Shown here piece by piece: positions 23,901 through 37,289 of a stretch of DNA of 64,000 nucleotides. The position numbers and the translations under genes are program-made. The notes below the pieces were generated by a model. That model did no database searches. It was not told the origin of the DNA and worked only from the letters and a program-made list of their open reading frames with translations. The stretch spans positions 13,097,480-13,161,479 of the forward strand of contig CM121342.1 in the NCBI GenBank assembly GCA_051530055.1, in the 5' to 3' direction. Numbering within the stretch: the stretch's first letter is position 1; the number at the start of each line of letters is the position of its first letter. This DNA is from Neoechinorhynchus agilis. Taxonomy: Eukaryota > Animalia > Acanthocephala.

Positions 23901-26900
23901 CTGGGTCCTTTAATCGGGATGATTGATCGATCGAGGATATCGGATGAACAATGAGACTAAAATCTGCAATATCTTCTCCGGCTTGGTTTCTGGCTCGGCA
24001 CGTATACATGCCGGCATCAGATAAGTTCAAAGAGCTTACCTATTACATTATATAGGAAAAAACATGAGTTAAATATCTAACCTTAAGATAAAGCTTTTTA
24101 CCATATACATCGTAATGATAGAAGTTCCGGTTAGCAGAGCTTAGTTGGACACCGTTTTTGAAGAAAATAAACGTAGGTAGAGGATATCCTGTTACTTCAA
24201 ATGCCAAATTCAAATCGCTGCCTTCAGTTAATGCGATCTCACTTTGGTGTTTTTTAGTAAACGATGGGGCAATGAGCGTAATTGCTGGTTCAGGTGCTTT
24301 TATTCTCTTTGATGGCTCATCAAGTTTAATCAGTTTATCAATAGATTTTGAGAAACTTCCTGATTCGATACTTGCTGTGCTTTTAACGTTCACATTGCAT
24401 GATGTTTGAACTTTCCCATTTGAATTGGAAACAAGAAGGGTGTAGACACCACAATCACCTTGAACAGATCCATTTATATACAGACGACATACTTTACTGT
24501 TTATTTCATAGTCGGATTTAAATCTATTTGACTCGGCAATGGGCCGGTCGTTTTTAAACCACTCAAATCTCGGGATGGGAACCCCATCTACAACACAGGA
24601 CAGTACGATTGCATCTCCTTCCGTAATATCCACGTTTTCAAGTGGTTTATGAACGAGCGGCATTCGATACATCGAGAAGTCATCCTCGTAATCCTTAATT
24701 TGTATCGGTTTCTCGAGACCGATAAATCGAGCGTCGGGTATCATTGCTGTCTGATCGATTCCTGCTTCGTATTGCCGGGAAGGTTTTTCTGCTTCAAACT
24801 TTGAAAATCGTCCAAAGTCAACCATTGAACCTGTTTCAATTCCTGCCTCGAAAATTTTACCGGGAGGTTCTTGTTCGAATTTAGCAAGGCGATCGCCAGA
24901 TTGGACATAAGCAGTGCGATCGATAGATTGTACTTTAGTTACATGAAGTTTGGCACTTGAACTCACACAACCAGCCGCATTCATTCCCTCGACACTGTAG
25001 ACTCCTTCATCTTTTTTCAAAGCATGTCTTATCACAAGACTGAGAAGCTTTGAATTCGGATCATAAGCGGCGCTGTAACGATTTGAGAACGGAACTCTTT
25101 GATTATTTCGTTTCCAAACAAACTCTGGCATAGGATATCCATCAATCATTGCTGTTAGAAGTACATTTTGAGTCTCATTGGCCGTTATTTCCGTCAGTGG
25201 AGAAATCACCACCGGTGGACGATGTCTGGAAACGTCTTCTTTGTCAACTTCCTTCGGGCGTACTACTTCCAAATGATGAAATCGCGTAGAAGGAACGAAT
25301 TCACTTCGGTCTACACCAGGAATGAAGTCATATTCTCGGGATGGCTTTACCTCAAGTAGTTCCAATTTTCGCAGATCTGCAGTTCCGCTTGAGTCAACAC
25401 CGGGTACAATATCCAATGGTTTGAAAACTTCTCTCTCCAGCCCTTTAAACCTTGCTATCTCCCTATTGGTAGTCTCGTCGATTCCAAGACTTTCTGCAAC
25501 ATTTAATTGAACTCTGCTTGAAAGAGTCGACCCCATAGAGTTGTAAGCTACGATGTAATACGAGCCAGTGTCTTCTTTTAACAAATCCCTTATAAATACA
25601 GTAAGTACGCATGATTTTGATTCGTAGTGAACGGCTATACGATTAGATGAAATCACGAGTTTGCCATCTTTCATCAAATAAAACTCAGGACTTGGTCGTC
25701 CGGTCACAGTAACGCTCATAGCTGTCAAATCGAACTCATTTGCATGGTCCTTTGTTATTGTTAAAGGTCCAACGAATTTTGGAATCTCATTAGCTTCATC
25801 TCTTTCAATTATTTCAGAAACAGGTTTACGTTCAAGTGCGCTTAGTCTTTGAAGGTTTTGTGAAAATGAAGTAAAATCAACGCCAGCTACTGTAGCGTCT
25901 GCTTGCATGAGTTTCACGTCAAGGGCTTTAAATTTGGCCATATCTCGACTAGTCTTCATATCAATTAGTGATTGCCTTTTTACAACAACATTAGCTTTAC
26001 TCGTCACTCGATCGCCACTCTGACCAGTGGCAATCAATTCATATTGGCCTGAGTGTATTTCCGCATTGGCTGATTTAACTAAAAGACGTGCCATTTTCGT
26101 GAACAGATTATATGAAACCTGACAATTGTCTGATGCCATTACCGGCTGATTGTTGAGATACCAGACAAACATGGGCGGCGGTTTACCTTCAACTTGTGCT
26201 TCTAGACAAAATCCTTCGTTTTCATTGATCGTAAGATCTTTAAGATCCTTCTTGATCACGACTGGAGATACTATCTCCTCTGGAACAACAATTCGTTTCA
26301 CGGGTTTTAACTCAAGATTTTCGTACTTCTCTTTCGGGATCGTTCCACTTGAATCAACACCAGGAACTAGATCAGCATACTTTTCCGTTGTAGCGGGGAT
26401 TAAATTTGAGAATGATTCCGCTGGCACAAACGGTGCATAATCAACTGCTTTTGATTTTTTCACTGTTACAGTTCCCTCAGTCGAAACTTTACCAGCAGTA
26501 TTAATGGCTTCAAGACTGTATTTACCAGCATCAACATCTAACGCATGTCTTATGAGAAGATAAGCAGTTTTCGTTAGAAGGTTATAATGAGGAACGAACT
26601 TTGAACTCGCATCCAACACACGTCCATCTTTTTTCCATATCAACTGTGGAACAGGTCGTCCCGACACTCCGGCACTAATGCTCACATCATCATGTTCATT
26701 GATTTGAGCATCCTTTATGTGTGTAATAATGATTGGCGCTATTGGTGGCAGCGGAACGACCTCTGGGACAGCACAGGGAACTGGTTTCTCGAGATCCCGA
26801 ATGACACCCACATCGATAAAACTAGTTTGATCCACACCTGGAACAATATCTAGTACTCGAGGCGGCTTTACATCAAGAGTCCTATAGTGCTCACTCGTTA

Positions 26901-29900
26901 TATAGGATGTCGAGTCGATACCCGGCATTATCGATATCGGTATAGATCGGGGTGCCTCAAGGCCGTCAAAAGCTGACATCCCAATGAACGATTTATGGTC
27001 AATACTAGCGATTTTATTCACGGAGAGGTCCGTTACAAATTCACATTGGCCAAGTGGATTCTTGACACGGACAATGTGCCGGCCTGCGTCAAAAGGACGA
27101 GCCGATCTGATCTGAAGGAATACTAAATGAGTTCCCATATCGTAACTGAGAATATATCGATTCGAACTCGTAACCGGTCGATTGTTTAAAGTCCATTCGA
27201 GATCAGGTAATGGATTAGCTTCAAGTGTTGCATGCAGCGTTACATTCTCAAGTTCATCAACGCTGATTTGTTTAACAAATGGCGATAAAATCCTTGGCGA
27301 TTTATAATTTACACTGTCGTCGTGCGTGTGTTCCACAGCTAACTGTTTAGTTTCAAATGGAGTAAATTTATGGATATCGACAAATCCTTGGCTGTCAACA
27401 CCGGGAACAATGTCCTTAACCGCTTTTTCCTTTTCCAGTTTTCCAAGTCTTTGAAGGTCACCAGCTATCGTCTCTGAATAGACGCCGGATGTGTACTCTG
27501 GAGGCGCTATTTTCTTTTCAAGATTCGTATATTTATCCATATCTCTTGAAATCGACGAAAAGTCATCTGGCCGTACTATTAGTGTACTCACGCTTTTCTC
27601 GGTGCCCAAAGGATTGACAGCAACGATCGTATAGGTACCAGTGTCAAACAATTTAAGCCCCACAATTGACAGCGAAATAGTGTTTGTGAGAATGTCATAA
27701 TGGGATGAGAATCGATTTGATTCCATTAAAATCTCGTCGTTTTGGAACCACATAAAAGAAGGAAGTGGTTGAGCGCGACAGACAGCGGATAGAACAATTG
27801 CTGATAATTCCTTTCCTTCGATGGGTTGCAGTGGACGTTCAAACACTGGAGCATAATGTTTTGATGGATCTTCCTGAAATTCAAGACGGCCTATTGTAGC
27901 AACCTCAAGAAGAGTGAATTTACCCGGACACGTTGTCTGGGGCGCAGTATCCACACCGGGTTCTATTGATAATTCCTTTTTGATTGGTCGGTCAAGCGCC
28001 TCGTACTTCTCTGTCGGCCTGTACGCTTTTGAATCAATGCCCGGCGTTCGATCAATCAGGATACGACAGGCTGAACTACATTGCCCAGCACGATTAGCCA
28101 ATACAACTTTATATTCCCCTTCATGTTGATCTTTCTTAGCACTTTTGATGATTAGGCGGACAGACTTGGCATGTAGATCCTCTTCGGGTCTCAAGTCGCT
28201 CGAATATGGAATTAGTACACCATTGTAGTACCAATGAAGATTTCTAACTGGAAGCGTATCGACTAATGCTTCTAGTACCGTATATTGGCCTTCTTTTATC
28301 TGATAATCTAACAATGGCTTTAGAATATGCGGCTCTCGATCAGCAGGTTCGACGATATCAGTCTGTCGTATAGGCTTAATTTCAAGGTCCTGAAGCTTTG
28401 TGTGGTCCATAAATGCCGTCTGATCCACGCCTGGAACCAGCGATGCAAATTTATCCACTTCGGGTTTAGAATCAATCTCAGCGATACGAGCTTCATTCAC
28501 AAAAGCAGTTTTGTCAATGTTTGGTTGGTCATAAACGCGAACCAAGCATGAAGTTTCTACTTCTCCTGCTCGGTTACGTGCACAAAGTTTATATCGGCCC
28601 GAGTCAGAAACACTGGCTTTTTTTATCCATAGGTAGGCTGTCTTTGTCAGAATGTCATAGTGGATAATGAGACGAGACGATGCTCGAAGTGGACATCCTT
28701 CGAGGGTCCATTCAATCTAATGGCAATAGTAATAATTATTGAAGACTTGTAAAATCATGATAGGAAGAAATTGATTATCATTTGGAAATTATTGAACGCC
28801 TAGTGCAACCTTTTGTGCAGTCAGATGGTCATAAGACCTATAGAATTTCTTTATTCTGGTGTTCGACTGTCGTTGTAACTACTAATGAGTGTGAAAATTT
28901 TGAGAAATCAGCTGTGAAGTTCAAGATTGTATAGAAATCACAACGAATCAACTGATAGTATTGTTGAAGCCCTAATGTTCAGCTTTAGAATTGTTCAAAT
29001 GATAACAACAGTGGCTCAACAAAATTATCCATTTCAAGAACTTTTAAGATTAAATGTAAATATCGGTCTATGGTAAAAGTTGCTGTTGTACCAACCTCTG
29101 GTATGGGAAGACCGAACAATTGTGAGAAAAGACATAGATCCCCGTTCACATCGATGCCAGAATCAGACAATCCTTTGTATAATGTAGGAGCAACTTCGGC
29201 AATTGCATCGGGTTCCGCGATTGGCCTTGGTACTTTGACCTCAAGTTTTCTTAATGCGGTATTATCGACAAATGCACTGGTATCAACGCCTGCAACAACA
29301 TCCTTTTTCTCTACTAGTTTTTCCTCCAAATGCCGAACGGCTTCCAATGAAATCATAGAGTCAGTATCAATTGTTTTTGATTTATGTATCATCACATTAG
29401 TTGCGCATTCTACCTTTCCGAGCTTATTAGATGCTATTATATTATAAGTTCCTGTGTCTGAGTCACGCGCTGATCCTACTGAGAGACAAAAGAGCTTCGA
29501 TGCCATGTTATAATCGAATTTGCATCGATTTGAAGACTGTAATTGCCTTCCATCTTTGGTTATTGCGAACTATGTGGTCAAGCAAGTGGTATAACGTGTT
29601 TTGAAGGGGAACCAACCTGAGGCAAAGGAAATCCCGTTACGATGCAAACGAGCTGTAGAATGTTTCCTTCTTCGCACTTGTATTCAGGCGCAAATGCAGA
29701 CATAAATTGGGGAGCCCGATATTGACTTGTATCTTCAATATACTCAATCATTCTCGGCTCCCATCGTTCCAATTCCTTAAACTTCTCAAAACTCACAAAG
29801 GCAGTTGTGTCGACACCCGGTTGAACAATTGGAACTACTTTCTCTTTCTGATCAAGAGTTACAAACTTTGCCGGATCAAATACCGATTTCGACTGGATCG

Positions 29901-32900
29901 CGTCTGTTGCGTTCACGCTTATAAAAGCAGATTTCTCGGCCGATCCAGCCGCATTAGTAGCTCGAATAATGTACCTGCCCGCGTCTAACGGGACTACAAA
30001 GTTTAATTGAAGTGTGACCATCCTGCTTAGTATATTATAGTTGGTAACAATACGATTTGAAGCACTCAATGGATGTCCGTCTTTATACCATTCGATCTTC
30101 GGTTGCGGCTGCCCATGTAATATGAGCGATATTAACAGATTTGTACCCTCTTCCCATTCACTATCCTGGAATTCTGTCAAAAACTGAGGAGGTGTGAGAA
30201 TATGGCCTTCCTCCTGAACAGATCCTAAGGGTTTGGCCTCGAGACTCACAATCTTATCGATGCCCATTGCATATGAAGTCTGATCAATGCCTGACGTATA
30301 TTCTCGAGTTTCAATCTTACTTGTATCTAAATCTTTAAATAGCTGCAGTGGCTTAAATGGTGTTTGGCTTATAGCTGGCACCGACTTTATCTTTACCAGA
30401 CACAAAGACTCGACCGTTCCAACAGGATTGGTGGCTTTTATTTTGTACTGACCAGAATCACTTATGGAACAGTGACTGATTAATAACATAACTTCATGAG
30501 AATAAGGATCATATCCTGGCATTATACGAGATCCAGTCTGAATTGAGACTTCGTCTTTATACCACTGGATCAGTGGCAATGGGTCTCCCCGAACTTTCAG
30601 TTTCAAATGAATTTCCTCATTCTCGTTTGCTTCAACGTCCATCAGCTGTTCTTCGACTCTTAGTACATACTCTTTCTGTGCCACTGGTGTTTCTTTTAAA
30701 CGTTTCGGGGCCTCCAATTTCTCGAAAGCGGAGAAGTTAGAGACAAGACTGCGTGTTTCAACGCCAGGAACAACCTCAGCCGAATCTTCCTTACACTTTT
30801 GGTCCAATTTTGCGAAGTTCGTTGTGGACACATATGTCCGCGATTCTATTGAAGGTGAAGGTATGACACGGACAGATGAGTTGGACGTACAAGATCCAGA
30901 GAATGTTTTCACTATAAGTGCATATAGACCGCTATCCGGCATTATAACATTTTGGATTTGTAGAGCAGAGATCAAGAATATGGAAAATGAGGAATCATAT
31001 CGAAGTGTTACTGTTTCAGGTAAAAAGGAAGTGACGGTACTCCGAATTTAATATATAAATTTGAGCCGATCTGTTAGAAGATATCGTCAAAACAATTCTT
31101 GTAGCTGCTTTACTTATTAAAAGTTGGATAATTACAAATAAAGTACTGTCGAAACTCCTCAAATGATGGAGTGAATTTCTTCCACTAAAAAATAATGTCA
31201 GAAATCTATTTGATATAAGTGTACAAGTTCTTAAAGCCTGAAAATCTTTTAATTAAACACATAACCAAATGGTATCTTGGTACAAATGTATAGTTCAGAC
31301 TGTATAGCCTCCGGATCAATTAGTGCACAAATCTAAACTTGATTAGAATACGCGAACACAAAACCGCCCACAGTCTCTTAGCTTCGAAAGGGTCGACTTC
31401 ATTAACGATGAAACTAATAAGATGATCCATTGGATTATGGGGACGAACGTTGGAGTTTTGTACACCCTCGTAAAAACCTTCAAGAAGAAGAGACACAATG
31501 ATCCGACTCGCGGGATTTATAAAATAAAGTGCCCTTAATGTGATTAGGTGTATATCGGACAAACGATGCAGGGCATTATGAAGAGAATCGCTGAACATAA
31601 GCAAACCTGCCGCCGATTTGAGCACCCACCCTCTATATTAAACCACCAGGATACAATGCAACATCGCATAGGAACATATTCTGTTTAAAACTAGCAAAAC
31701 CTTAGAAAACGCATTGTTATCGAGGACCTACACATCGCTGCATCCAACATAATAGAAGGAAACAAAATTTTAGCTCAAAAATGCCGGTCATCGACGTATT
31801 GGAAATCAATAAAAAAATACCAAACCACGCAGGGGCGGGCATGCGGTCCCGAACCTCGGGAACGGTGATCCCGTGAACTCGAGCCATAGTATACAAAACA
31901 AATAAAACTTTTTAGATGACTGAATAGGCGACTACAATTCAAATATTATAATTTCGGGGATTTTCTCTATATAATTAAACATACGGGTAGATTTGTTTTC
32001 AGTTAAGTGTATTTTAAGCCCAAACTCCACCTATAGGTCATTTTTCAAGATCACCGCTGTAAGGTAACCCAACCGGTCGTGGGATCGAAATGTGACGTTA
32101 CGCGATTAGAACTGGCTTGGGTGCCATCATCCTTAAGCCATATAAATTCCGGCATACTTGGCGTCTTGATTAAGGCTCGTAGCAATAAATTCTCACCTTC
32201 TGAAATAACGAATTCGGCTTTAAGTGGTTGCAAGAACATGGGTTTCTCCTTTTCAACTATCTCAGGGTCAATCGAGGCCTCATGTCTTCTTTTACGCTCC
32301 AGTTCATTGATGGAATCCATATTGACGAAACCAAGAGAGTCGATTCCGGATTTCAGCAAGAAATTCGGTTCCGATGGAACATTAGCAGACGAAAGGCTAA
32401 CACCTTCGCTAATACCATGAAATGGTTGAATTTCATCTTCACAGATCTGTTCCTCCGTGAGTTTTGCTGAGCATTTTATTTCTCCTTCTGAATTTCGTGC
32501 GATCAGCGTATACGATCCATATTGTTCTGCGGAAATGTTCAGAATTGTGAGGGTTGCTTCATGTGTTACCTCACTGTACACTCCATAAATGTTTTCGTTA
32601 AACTTAATTGGTTGTCCATTAAAAAGCCAAATTATCTCAGGATTAGGGCTAGCTTTAATAACGGCGTCAAACACTACATTTAGACCCGATCGAATAAAAG
32701 CATTTCGAATCGGTTTTAACATAATCGGTGCAAAAAGATCCACCCGAGAAAGTTTTGATATAACAGGTTTTAGACTTCTTTGCAGATAGACCGCAGGCTG
32801 AAGAGCGATACGTCTATTGTGAACTTCAGTCAAAGGTTCTTTCATTAGATTGGTTATATCACTGGATTTTTGAAGTGCGAATTTGTACATTGACTGGCCG

Positions 32901-34468
32901 TCCGAATTAATCGCTTTGATGCAATATACACCGTAATCTTCTTCCTGGAAGTTCTTAATAGTTAATCGAGCTATACTGTTCTCAAATGAGGTCGAGATTC
33001 GTGTAGTGGCTACGAGAGGATGTTCTTCAAACAACCAAATGATTCTTGTGTCGATAAAAATTCTCATTTCAGCCTCCGCGACCACAGTTTCATTAATTTG
33101 AACGGCACGACTGTCTGGGTACCTGATTATCATCGGGGCTTTGTTTGCGAGAAGAGCATGTTGGCCCACGTCTGTTCCAATAGGAGACACTGCAGTAACC
33201 AGAATTTGGCAGCTCACTTTTGCAATTCCAAACGAATTCTTTATAGTTGCCATGTAGACTCCAGAATCCTCTATTCTAGCGTTGTTGATTATGAGCTCGA
33301 TGTTCCCCTGGTCGTCTTGATAAAGAGTTGCCCGGTCGGAATTCTGAATCGGGATGTTGTTCCGGGTCCATGTTACCTGTTTTAGTTAAGACTGACATAA
33401 TCGATCTGTAAAGACTTCAATAAAAGCAATAACCTTTCGAAAAATTGCACTACAGAGAGAAAATGCGTTAACGACATTCTAATAGAATTTCAAAGCACAT
33501 GATATAAGATGCTTAAAGGACAAAATAAGAAGGTGCCATCGACACATATTGAACACTCCAGTAAAATCAATTAATTCAATTTGCTTATTCGCCCACAAGG
33601 ATGCAATAGTGTATGATGCAAAATAAGTATCGATCAGGAATCCTCTTATGTTACAGTTGTCTCTACTTATTTGGATGAATAAAGCTAGCAAATCCATAAA
33701 TCTGAGAGCTGTCTGGAAGCAACCTTTCCAAACACAGCTAGGAAAGCTTTTGTTGCTTTAAATAATTTGTTTAATTCGAGAGTCGAAACATTTTCTGGAG
33801 TCTTCAGGTTCTCTAACTAAGTTGCCCTTTATTTTAAATAGAAACGCAAAGACAGTCTCGTTTGTGGGTTCGAATATAACAGATTGATCGAGGTTATCTG
33901 TTATCCGACGGAAACGACCCTTCTCGATCTTTTGTTTGCAACTTGAGCATTTAACCTCTGATATATATGTGTGCAAATAAGATAACCTATAATCCGTATT
34001 GGCAATGGAAGGACATGACCTTCGAGAAAACACAGTGGATATCGGTCTCAATTGCTTGAACATTGAACTATCGAGATCTTAAATGCCAACCATCAAGTAA
34101 AAAACGTTTAGAATTATGAGATTTACATTTTGTTTGGCTCCCAAATTATCAGCATAATGAAGGCTCTGCAGAATTTTCGTTACAAGGAACTCAAAAATTT
34201 GTTTGAAATTTCAATTAAATACCTCTGGTAATGGATATCCTTGTACAACACAATGTAGTCTCAGTTCATTTCCAGCCTTTATTTCTTGTGCCTTTAATTT
34301 TTGGACAATATTCGGAGGAGTGCCATTGAGTACTTTTCTGCCACTAGGTTTGAGTAAAGCAGGAGAGAATTCGCCGGATCCGTCTATTTTCGTTCGTTTG
34401 ACAACATGATCGCCGGTTGGAATCGGGCGAGTTCGTATTCCCGTTCCATCGGGTAAAACATGGGTCAT
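17950..34468 (-). CDS. Giant Ig-repeat muscle protein, kettin/sallimus/titin-like (roughly 4,200 aa or more, at least 9 exons)
   Basis: Tandem I-set Ig domains (GxPxPxxxWxK...DxGxYxxxAxN) in ORFs 34211-34468, 32051-33380, 29578-30975, 28985-29506, 24043-28720, 23596-24040, 20642-23056 and 18296-20160. Last exon 17950-18090 ends ...DGGVYTCKATLQNRQSQCGAQITVRKA*. Kettin-type FDMGYVVLEI motif. True 5' end uncertain. Confidence 0.88.
31810..31965 (+). repeat. Monomeric, decayed relative of the 42753-43039 HHR element (intronic)
   Basis: Shares GGTCCC-GAAC-CTCGGG...GATCCCG...TCGAGC...TTTTTAGATGACTGA...AAATAT...GGGGATTTT with 42885-43035. Confidence 0.65.
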
Positions 34469-35854
34469 TTTGTTAACTTCAATAATTGAAGGTTAGGCGA
34501 AGAAGGGTAAGGACGGGCGCGGATTCGATATTTTTGTGTCTATATGTTTATAACACAAAGTATTCTTACAAGACACATATATATAAGGTAGTCTTCTTTA
34601 TCCAAACCACCACCTCCCCAGACACATCATTCTACTACACCTACTGCTTATTCGTATTCTCTGGTGTTCTCCTAAGACGAACGCATCGGATCGCGACGAA
34701 ACTGAGAGTACTGATACGGTACTCGAGAGATCGAACTCGACGTGAGTGTTCCATGTGGATCTGCAGCATCGCGTCGACATACTCTCAAGGTATCACTTTC
34801 TACCTTTAAGAAATATCTCGTTTATCGCCATTTGAGCAAATAGCGTTATTTTGCTCACAGCGTAATTCAGCCCCAAAGTGACACTTGTCAGTTGGAAAAA
34901 GAATATGGCGTTTTGATTGACAAAACTGCGGATCTTAGAAAATAAAGTTTTTTGTTTACTGCTCTCCAGAACACTTATGCTGCTTTTTCTTAAAGAAAAA
35001 CTGTATGAAAACGGAAATGGCATTTTGGCCTGATAAATGTCGTGCAACGGAAACCATTAGGTAATGTTTTTTCCGCAAATGCCATTAATCATTTCTATTT
35101 TCCGTGCTTCCCAAGGATAAGATGGAACCGAAACTGGATCAATTCGAAAGTTGTGAAGAACGTGACCGCATCGCCAAACGAGGGGAACTGCATTTAGCGC
35201 AAATGTATCGGTTGATTAAGCGAACATTTTTGCGTGCATATCCAACTGAACTATTTGAACTTCGACGGTTTTTATTGCCTTCAGCTCATTTTGCTCGCAT
35301 TTCTTTATATCATTTTTGTGACACCCGTCAGCAATCGATTTTTACATTCCAATATTTATGTGAGATGTGTGTTTGATTTTGCGTTAATTTCATACCACAT
35401 CCTCCCTGTTCGAATCAATTGTTGTTGTTTTGCGTTAATAAAACAATAAAATCAGTTAACCTCTATACAAATGTCGAACGCCGAGAATGTTCTGTACAGT
35501 TTTAAGAAAAATAAAGACCAAAATATAAAACACGCTGTGATGACAATCGAAAATGTTTTATTTAAGTGTACGAGCTCATTATAAGGATTTTCAAATGTAA
35601 TGCGATGTTGTTAAGTTTTTTTTGCTTAAACTTTTATTTGGTAGTTCTTATACAACCACCACTGTCCGCAAAATCTTAGCTTTTCCCCTTCCTCGGCTGT
35701 CGCTATTACGCTAGCAGCATTGCAGCACACCGGAAACTTCTGAGGTTCTTCTTCAATAACGTCTGGTGATCTAGGAATTGTAAAAAAGTTTTATGTTAAG
35801 CAATGATAAAAATGGCATTTATTGCAACGATCAAGAGTAAGTCGATATAGATGC

Positions 35855-36387
35855 TCTATTTTAAGTTTTTGCTGGCAAGCCGGTATTGTTTTCATCATCA
35901 TTAAATTTTCGTTTATCCCTTCTTGTCCGGCTTATTTTTTTGGCATAAAGCCAAACCGATTGCATCAGAGAAGTGATATAACCACATAGTCTCTAATGCA
36001 CGGTTAAGAGTTTGTACATTCCTCCGGATCCTCAGATACCTCCAGGAGGCGGGACTCATCAGTGAGTTTCCTCCCTTCAGCGATATTTCGTCCCCTTTGG
36101 TTGTGCGTCATTGGTGGTAACGGATTCGAACCACTTGACCCCTAATCGGGATCACGGGCATTAGTCCACTTGACCACCTCGACACAACTACGAAATGTCA
36201 AACTCAGCCAGTTTTTCGACTGAGATTGAGCGCTGTGTTCTATTTTAAGTTTTTACTGGCAAGCCAGTATTGTTTTTATCATCATTAAATTTTAGTTTAT
36301 TCCTTCTTGTCCGGCTTATTTTTAGGCATAAAGCCAAACCAATTACATCAGAGACGTGATATAACCACATGGTCTCTAATGCACGGT
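35855..36387. repeat. 150-bp direct repeats (35855-36004 and 36239-36387) flanking a 234-bp insert
   Basis: Both copies run from TCTATTTTAAGTTTT to TCTCTAATGCACGGT with scattered substitutions. Confidence 0.92.
36005..36183 (-). mobile_element. tRNA-headed SINE-like element carrying a complete hammerhead core
   Basis: 72-nt tRNA-like head 36112-36183 (A box TGGTCAAGTGG, B box GGTTCGAATCC, CCG at the anticodon position, acceptor stem unpaired), followed by GGGAC-GAAA and CTGATGA-GTCCC. The 3' tail recurs at 6156-6228 and 9125-9180. Confidence 0.75.
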
Positions 36388-37289
36388 GATGTTACTATTT
36401 TATCATTTTGAAAAATACACAGATCCATTTGTATTGCTTGTATTTTATGCTGAAGTCATTCACAAAAGCACTTATTGGCTTGGATTATTATCTTCGGGGG
36501 AAAAGAGACTTTCTTTTGATAGACGTTCTAAATAAACATATTTTTTTAACTGTATCGTGTTTTGTTCAACTCGCTGATTTACAGACAATTTTTATAGATT
36601 GAACAATCGATCTTGTAGTAATTGATTTTAACTTTTTTCAGATATCTTCTACTGTCTGACTCATTCTACTGTTGGCGGTGAAAAGCGATGAGGTTCTGAG
36701 CTAGACTCAATCGGGCGTTTCTCTATGAGCAAAAATTAATATTGCAATCTCAGAAGACTATATGGCAGCCAGCAGTAGCCTAGAAAAACTGCAAACCTTT
36801 GCTGCGTTTTCATCTTCGAAGCTCAGCGCCGTTAGATTATTCGTTTGTGGTTAAATTATTGCATGACCTTATCGATTGAATAGATAATGGGACCAGAGTT
36901 TAAAAGTAATTTATAACGTATGGTAAGCATCTAGTAGTGGCATTCAATGATTACAAATTAGTAATATGGACAACTCATAAATCGTCCATGATCACAAATA
37001 GCGTTCATGCTTTTCGGAGACGTTTATTATCTCTTATTATATCGAAAAGCAATAAATATCGAGGCTTTTAAAGTACGCGAAGCATTATAACCTTTTAAAT
37101 AAATGTCCACAAGAAGAAAATGGTTCACTACGAGTGCCATGAGCACTTTATGAAGCAATATTAAATATTGTGATATACGCCTGTAATGTGAGTATGTGAA
37201 CTCACGTGGATAATAAATATGAGAGCAATGTGACAAACCATTGAATGTGCTTAAAAGGGCATAAGTTCTGTGAGGTATTCCTTGTAACA

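Noticed and set aside
24043-30975. Periodic CCAGG/ACACC-type nucleotide repeats as a possible array or CRISPR
   Set aside because: They are the codons of the PGVD protein linker motif; there are no fixed-length repeats or spacers, and the DNA is eukaryotic.
31320-31625. 101-aa intronic ORF in the Ig gene
   Set aside because: No Ig or other recognisable motif; cannot be supported as a gene.
18243-33385. Many plus-strand ORFs antisense to the Ig-repeat gene
   Set aside because: Shadow ORFs of long coding exons with no recognisable motifs.
36112-36183. Functional tRNA-Arg(CCG) gene
   Set aside because: Acceptor and anticodon stems do not pair; treated as a SINE head.
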